Source: an uncultured Deinococcales bacterium
GTDB lineage: Bacteria; Deinococcota; Deinococci; Deinococcales; JAAFIG01
Reading direction: 5' to 3'
Length of the DNA: 10,599 nt
NCBI GenBank assembly: GCA_964247135.1
Contig: CAXTTL010000170.1
Span: 1 to 10,599, forward strand
The translations under genes and the position numbers were made by a program. Below, piece by piece: positions 6,310 to 10,599 of this stretch. Under the pieces are notes generated by a model. That model was given only the letters and a program-made list of their open reading frames with translations, was not told the DNA's origin and did not search any database. How positions within the stretch are numbered: the first letter of the stretch is position 1; each line of letters begins with the position of its first letter.

Positions 6310-8295
6310 ATGAAATTTTCTGAAACACAATTGCTCCAAGCCCTGCTCTCAACACCAAACGGTGTTGCCGTGATCGATCAAGATTTAAAATACGTTTACG
6401 TCAACGCTGGACTTGCCGCCATGAACGGCAGCGACCCTGCAAGCTTTATCGGCAAAACCGTGTGCGAAATCGTGCCGCAGCTTGCCGATAAGCTCGAACC
6501 GGCGCTCTTGGAAGTGTTCAAAACCGGTCAACCGATTCAAAACCTCGAGGTTGAAGGCATCGGACCAGACCGAGGACGGGTTTGGCTCGAGCATTTGCAA
6601 CCCATTTTTGATCAATCCTCTGAAGTCATACGCGTTGCAGTCATGATCGAAGAGATCACCGCGCGGCGACATTCCGAAGAACGTTACCGCACACTTTTTG
6701 TCAATTCCAACCAAGGATTTTGCATCATCGAAATTTTATACGATAACGCAAATAACGCTGTTGACTACTGCTTTCTCGAGACCAATCTGGCTTTTGAAAA
6801 CCACACTGGATTGTACAACGCCGTCGGTTTTTGCGCCCGCGCCCTTGTGCCAGGTTTAGAGCAATACTGGATTGACACCTATGCCAAAGTGGCACAAACC
6901 GGTGAGACGTACCGCTTTGAACAAGGCTCGGAGGCAATGGGTCGAATCTTCGAGGTCGAGGCAATGCGGGTTGGTGGGGTTCAGAGCCGTCAGGTGGCAG
7001 TTATTTTTACCGACATCACCGACCGTCGCCGTTCGGAAACCACGTTGCGTTTGGCTGCCCAACGCGACGAATACCGTTTGCTGCTCGCCGATACCTTGCG
7101 CAACCTCGAGAATCCAGAGTCGGTGCAAATAGAGGCTGCCGCCCTGCTCTCGAAAAACTTAAATGCAGACCGTGTCGTTTACTCTGAAATCGAAGCCGAC
7201 GGTGAACACTTTGTGGTTCACCGAGACGATGGACGGATCATACCCAAAGTCACCGGACGTTTTAAATTGCAAGACTACGGCGTAGCGATCATTAACGATT
7301 TGAAATTGGGGAAAATCGTGGTCATCGAAAATACCCAAACCGATCCACGTTTCAACCAAGCGCAACGCCAAGCCTACCTTGAGGTTGGCGTCTCGGCTAA
7401 CCTCAGCGTACCACTCATCAAAAGCGGCAAATTCGAAGCCATCTTGACCGTTCAAGAATCCAACCCTCGAGCCTGGACGCAAAACGAAATTTTACTGGTC
7501 TCAGACACAGCCGAACGCACCTGGGTAGATGTCGAACGCGCCAGGTTGACCCGTCTGCTTTTGGCACGCGACCTCAAATTGACCAACCTCAACGAAGCCC
7601 AACGCCGTTTTGTCTCAGACGCCGCCCACGAACTTCGAGCACCCTTGACCGCCATCCGTGGCAACCTCGAGTTGTTGTTGCGCTACAAAGATGTTTCCAA
7701 AGAAGATCGCCTCGAGATGCTGACCGACGCCGAACGGGAGGCGGCACGGTTATCGCGTCTCATCACCGACCTGCTCGCCGTGGCACGGGGTGATGCCGCA
7801 CAACACAGCGAATTTACGCCGCTGCGTTTGGACAAACTGATCAAAGAGAGCTTAAAGGTGACCCAGCACCTGAGCAGCCAACACCAGCTCGAGTCTGACA
7901 AATTGCCCCCAGTGAGGGTCATGGGCAACAATGACCGCCTCAAACAATTGTTGCTGGTGCTGCTCGAGAATGCCGTCAAATACTCCGCAGGCGGCAAGAC
8001 GATTCGGGTGTCCCTGGAGATCGACCGGCAAAATGCTGAAGATTCAAAAGCGGTCATCAAAATCTCCGATCAAGGACCTGGCATTGCCCCCGAAGACCTC
8101 AAACACGTCTTCGAGCGTTTCTACCGCGTGGACCGTTCACGCACCCCAGGGCGCGACCCTGGCGGAACGGGGCTGGGATTGTCAATCGCCAAACTGATCG
8201 CCGAAGCCCACGGCGGTTCGGTCTGGCTCGAGAGTGAACTGGGAAGCGGAACAACCGCAATCATCAGCCTGCCAGTCAACAAGGGCAGCGATTGA
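6310..8295 (+). CDS. Cytoplasmic sensor kinase: PAS-PAS-GAF-HisKA-HATPase
   Basis: PAS1 (YVYVN…IGKT…EITARR); PAS2 (GFCIIE…[13 protein letters not shown]…FTDITDRR); GAF (LNADRV…SVPLIKSG…PRAWT--EI); H-box [35 protein letters not shown] and GGTGLGL. No evident transmembrane segment. Confidence 0.93.
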   Translation: [661 protein letters not shown]

Positions 8296-8323
8296 AAGAA
8301 GCTCGGGTTTCTTGGTTCATTTG

Positions 8324-8371
8324 CGGGTTAACAAAAACAATGATTTACGGGGTGACAAAAACAACGATGGT
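8324..8371. repeat. Degenerate 24-bp tandem duplication
   Basis: CGGGTTAACAAAAACAATGATTTA followed by CGGGGTGACAAAAACAACGATGGT. Confidence 0.7.
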
Positions 8372-8410
8372 CTTCATCCCTGTCTTTCAAGTCGGATGAA
8401 ACCATCATTG
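8355..8410 (-). terminator. Probable intrinsic terminator between convergent genes
   Basis: Imperfect inverted repeat CAACGATGGTCTTCATCC (8362-8379) / GGATGAAACCATCATTG (8394-8410), followed on the - strand by TTTTTGT. Confidence 0.6.
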
Positions 8411-8446
8411 GTGACGCGTAAACATAAATAGATTATTCAAGATTCA

Positions 8447-8480
8447 AATTAACGAACCACCCGAATTAACGAACCACCCG
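8447..8480. repeat. 17-bp perfect tandem duplication of the gene 3' end including the stop codon
   Basis: AATTAACGAACCACCCG at 8447-8463 and 8464-8480, encoding RVVR* on the - strand. Confidence 0.92.
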
Positions 8481-8732
8481 CAGCGCCCGCAGCAAACCAA
8501 TTAAAATGGCAGCACCGACCACGCCCCAGAAAATACCAGCCACCGAAAAAGCGCCCGCAACGTGAGCGCCGCTCAAACCAATCACGTCGCCGAGCAACCA
8601 GCGTCCGAGCGCCGCTCCGCCAATACCAATGATAATGCTGGTAATTAGACCTTGTTCAGCATCGCTTTTCATGAAAATGCTTGCCAACCAACCAATTAAG
8701 GCACCGGCGACAATGACGACAATCCAATCCAT
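8466..8732 (-). CDS. GlsB/YeaQ/YmgE family stress-response membrane protein (transglycosylase-associated), 88 aa
   Basis: GALIGWLAS…IIIGIGGAALG…GVVGAAILI pattern, three hydrophobic segments and a GAGG RBS. Confidence 0.9.
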   Translation of the reverse strand: MDWIVVIVAGALIGWLASIFMKSDAEQGLITSIIIGIGGAALGRWLLGDVIGLSGAHVAGAFSVAGIFWGVVGAAILIGLLRALRVVR

Positions 8733-8794
8733 AAAAACCTCAATTCTTGGTTTGATTCAAAGCTGTCTGAGATGACTGGAAACTCGAGCCAAAT

Positions 8795-8842
8795 AATTTA
8801 GCGAATAAACCTGAGCGAATTTAGCGAATAAACCTGAGCGAA
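8795..8842. repeat. 23-bp perfect tandem duplication of the gene 3' end including the stop codon
   Basis: AATTTAGCGAATAAACCTGAGCG at 8795-8817 and 8818-8840 (plus AA), encoding (S)LRFIR* on the - strand. Confidence 0.92.
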
Positions 8843-9087
8843 CGCAACAAGAAAATCACGATCAAAGCGCCCAGAACGCCCCAGACGATGCCGTAAAGTG
8901 AAAACGAACCGGCAGCGCTGGCACTTCCAATATGAAGAACATTGCTAAACAACCAACGACCAACCGAAGCGCCCGCAATGCCAGTGACAATGTTGGCAAG
9001 CGCCCCCTGCTGATTTTCAGTGTCGGCAACAATACTAGCCAGCCAGCCAATCAAGGCGCCAACCAAAATAACAAAGACCCAATCCAT
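8821..9087 (-). CDS. GlsB/YeaQ/YmgE family stress-response membrane protein, second paralog, 88 aa
   Basis: MDWVFVILVGALIGWLAS…NIVTGIAGASVG…GVLGALIVI. The AAGGA RBS and alignment with the paralog put the start at ATG 9087. Confidence 0.9.
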   Translation of the reverse strand: MDWVFVILVGALIGWLASIVADTENQQGALANIVTGIAGASVGRWLFSNVLHIGSASAAGSFSLYGIVWGVLGALIVIFLLRSLRFIR

Positions 9088-9108
9088 GACAGTCCTTTCC
9101 GTTAACAT

Positions 9109-9330
9109 TTATAAAAGATGCTTTTCCGAATAACGCGGAATCGAAAGCTTATTGACCGAAGGACGGTTGCTACGCTCGAGATAATCTTGTCGGTGGGCTT
9201 CAACGCAATCACACCACTGCTCAATCATTTTGACTCCGCGTTGGACCGCTTCGTATGGGGTTTTCAAACCTGTCCCCTCGAGAAATTCGGCTTGGGCGCG
9301 ACGCATGTAGTTTGACTCACTTCTTTTCAT
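9109..9330 (-). CDS. Hypothetical small protein (73 aa)
   Basis: Strong RBS (AAGGAGG) just upstream of ATG 9330; fills the gap between co-oriented genes; no family recognised. Confidence 0.55.
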   Translation of the reverse strand: MKRSESNYMRRAQAEFLEGTGLKTPYEAVQRGVKMIEQWCDCVEAHRQDYLERSNRPSVNKLSIPRYSEKHLL

Positions 9331-9350
9331 TGAAACCCTCCTTTTTTGAT

Positions 9351-9381
9351 GGATTCAAGTGGTTTAAGATCACTTGAATCC
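9351..9381. other. Inverted repeat with 11-bp arms and 9-nt spacer: hairpin or operator
   Basis: GGATTCAAGTG (9351-9361) / CACTTGAATCC (9371-9381); no U-tract downstream on the - strand. Confidence 0.65.
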
Positions 9382-9407
9382 GCTATTCGAGCCTGAAAGA
9401 CTTAAAT

Positions 9408-10001
9408 TTAGTAGGTGATGGTGATTCCGCCCAAAGATTGGGTGATCAAATCATCGCTGCGTCCAATGGTCACCACGGTAGTGGTGTCTTTGTTGACATC
9501 GGTGATCAGGTTCCAACCGGCTTTGACCATTTTGCCTGTCGTCCATTCGGCATCGGTCTTGGAGTACAACAAAAAGCGATTGCCGCTGGCGGTTTTGCCA
9601 TTGGTGCTGTCTGCCAGAGCCTTGTCTTTTTCACCATTGTTGCCCGTGGCGTCAAGGTCGTACTTGCCGTCACCGGTCTTGTCCTCGTAAACCACAAATT
9701 TGTAAAAGCGTTGGGTGTCGCTGCCAAGGTCAATGTTTGGCACCAAAAATCCTGTGAAACCACCAGTACCACCGTTGATGGCAATCGACGTGGCAAAGGC
9801 AGCCGTTTCAGATTGTTCCTGACTTGCGCCGCCTGGCGTGGTGAAACGCACCAAAGCCAAACCGTAATTGACGGCGGCTGGTTGAGTGCCCTCGACCGAA
9901 CCTGCGAACGAAGGACCACCGTTGATGGCGTTGCCGAACAAACTGCAACCCGAGGCGGCGACTGATATCAAACCGAGTGCCAATAATGTTGTGATTTTCA
10001 T
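9408..10001 (-). CDS. Hypothetical lipoprotein (197 aa)
   Basis: Signal peptide MKITTLLALGLISVAASG|C with lipobox cysteine; AAGGAG RBS; DKTGDGKYD resembles a Dx[DN]xDG calcium-binding loop. Confidence 0.85.
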   Translation of the reverse strand: MKITTLLALGLISVAASGCSLFGNAINGGPSFAGSVEGTQPAAVNYGLALVRFTTPGGASQEQSETAAFATSIAINGGTGGFTGFLVPNIDLGSDTQRFYKFVVYEDKTGDGKYDLDATGNNGEKDKALADSTNGKTASGNRFLLYSKTDAEWTTGKMVKAGWNLITDVNKDTTTVVTIGRSDDLITQSLGGITITY

Positions 10002-10077
10002 GGTGTTCTCCTTTTATTTGGGGCGCTCTTTGCGCTGAACCTATCTTTCAATGCCGAGCTTTGCCACGGCTGCCAGC

Positions 10078-10097
10078 AAACTGAGTAGCGGCTGAAG
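10078..10097 (-). promoter_or_regulatory. Direct-repeat operator candidate (CTTCAG-N5-ACTCAGTTT) upstream of the lipoprotein gene
   Basis: YTCAG cores 11 bp apart; contains CTCAGTTTG as in the boxes at 1683-1710 and 2682-2709. Confidence 0.45.
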
Positions 10098-10131
10098 ACT
10101 TGATGTATAGTGTGAAGTATTGTTTGGCACG

Positions 10132-10170
10132 ACAAAAAACAAAGGCTCGGGTTTTAAAACCCGAGCCTTT
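10132..10170 (-). terminator. Intrinsic terminator downstream of the AI-2E transporter gene
   Basis: Perfect 30-bp palindrome AAAGGCTCGGGTTTTAAAACCCGAGCCTTT (10141-10170), followed on the - strand by GTTTTTTGT. Confidence 0.8.
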
Positions 10171-10226
10171 ACGGGCAGTTTTCAAGTAACATCTCATGGC
10201 TTTAAAATCTTGAAGCCATACCAGAT

Positions 10227-10598
10227 TCAAGTTGAAACCGACTCGGTTGAAATTGGCGTGGGAATTTCCAGCACCTTGATGCTCGGTTCGCTCGATCTTG
10301 TTGGACCGACCGGTTGTTGAATTGCCTCAATCGGGGCTTCAGGCGGTCCCTCGAGCGCCTCCTCTGGCGGCGGAACATTCAGAACACCCGCAATGTCTTC
10401 CTCGCTGACACCCTCGCCGCCAACGCTGGGCAAGTACAACTCTTCGTAAATGGCTTTGATGATGATGGTCATCGGAACCGCCAAAAACGTGCCGACAAAA
10501 CCCATCAACGACCCAAAGACCGAGACGCTGACCAGCACCGAAAGTGGTTGCAATTGCGTGGTGCGCCTGAAGACCATCGGACTTAAAAAATAACCATC
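10227..10598 (-). CDS. AI-2E (PerM/YhhT) family transporter, C-terminal part; begins beyond the right window edge
   Basis: DGYFLSPMVFRRTTQLQPLSVLVSVSVFGSLMGFVGTFLAVP matches the AI-2E C-terminal signature (P-hh-----LHP--h------GG-L-G--G-hLAVP), followed by an acidic Pro-rich tail. The frame is open to the window edge. Confidence 0.88.
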   Translation of the reverse strand, partial: DGYFLSPMVFRRTTQLQPLSVLVSVSVFGSLMGFVGTFLAVPMTIIIKAIYEELYLPSVGGEGVSEEDIAGVLNVPPPEEALEGPPEAPIEAIQQPVGPTRSSEPSIKVLEIPTPISTESVST

Positions 10599-10599
10599 G

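Noticed and set aside
8234-8431. 65-aa ORF spanning the convergent intergenic region, and similar ORFs at 10048-10230 and 10120-10320
   Set aside because: They run through terminator hairpins and repeats, lack an RBS and have no protein-like features.
8447-8842. attL/attR of an integrated element at the GlsB 3' ends
   Set aside because: The copies are directly adjacent with no intervening cargo and no integrase or transposase in the window; kept only as a duplication observation.

Overview
This is a chromosomal window from a bacterium whose gene content and leaderless promoters resemble Deinococcota (an inference, not a database assignment). From left to right it holds a partial gluconokinase-like gene (-), a nucS/EndoMS mismatch endonuclease split by a single extra C (+), and an orphan OmpR/MprA-like response regulator (-) divergent from dps and a coupled 60-aa ORF (+). 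Next is a signalling cluster (+): a CHASE3-HAMP histidine kinase, an Rcp1-type single-domain receiver, a REC-PAS kinase and a PAS-PAS-GAF kinase. On the - strand follow two tandem GlsB/YeaQ/YmgE stress membrane proteins, a 73-aa unknown ORF, an unknown lipoprotein and the 3' end of an AI-2E transporter. Four signals stand out. (1) The palindrome CTCGAG occurs about 42 times by manual count versus about 3 expected, like a highly iterated palindrome. (2) An 11-bp-periodic YTCAG box lies upstream of the regulator, dps, the kinase operon and the lipoprotein, suggesting a multi-kinase general-stress regulon. (3) Both GlsB genes have exact tandem duplications of their 3' end and stop codon. (4) nucS is frameshifted. 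No CRISPR array, RNA gene or mobile element was found.
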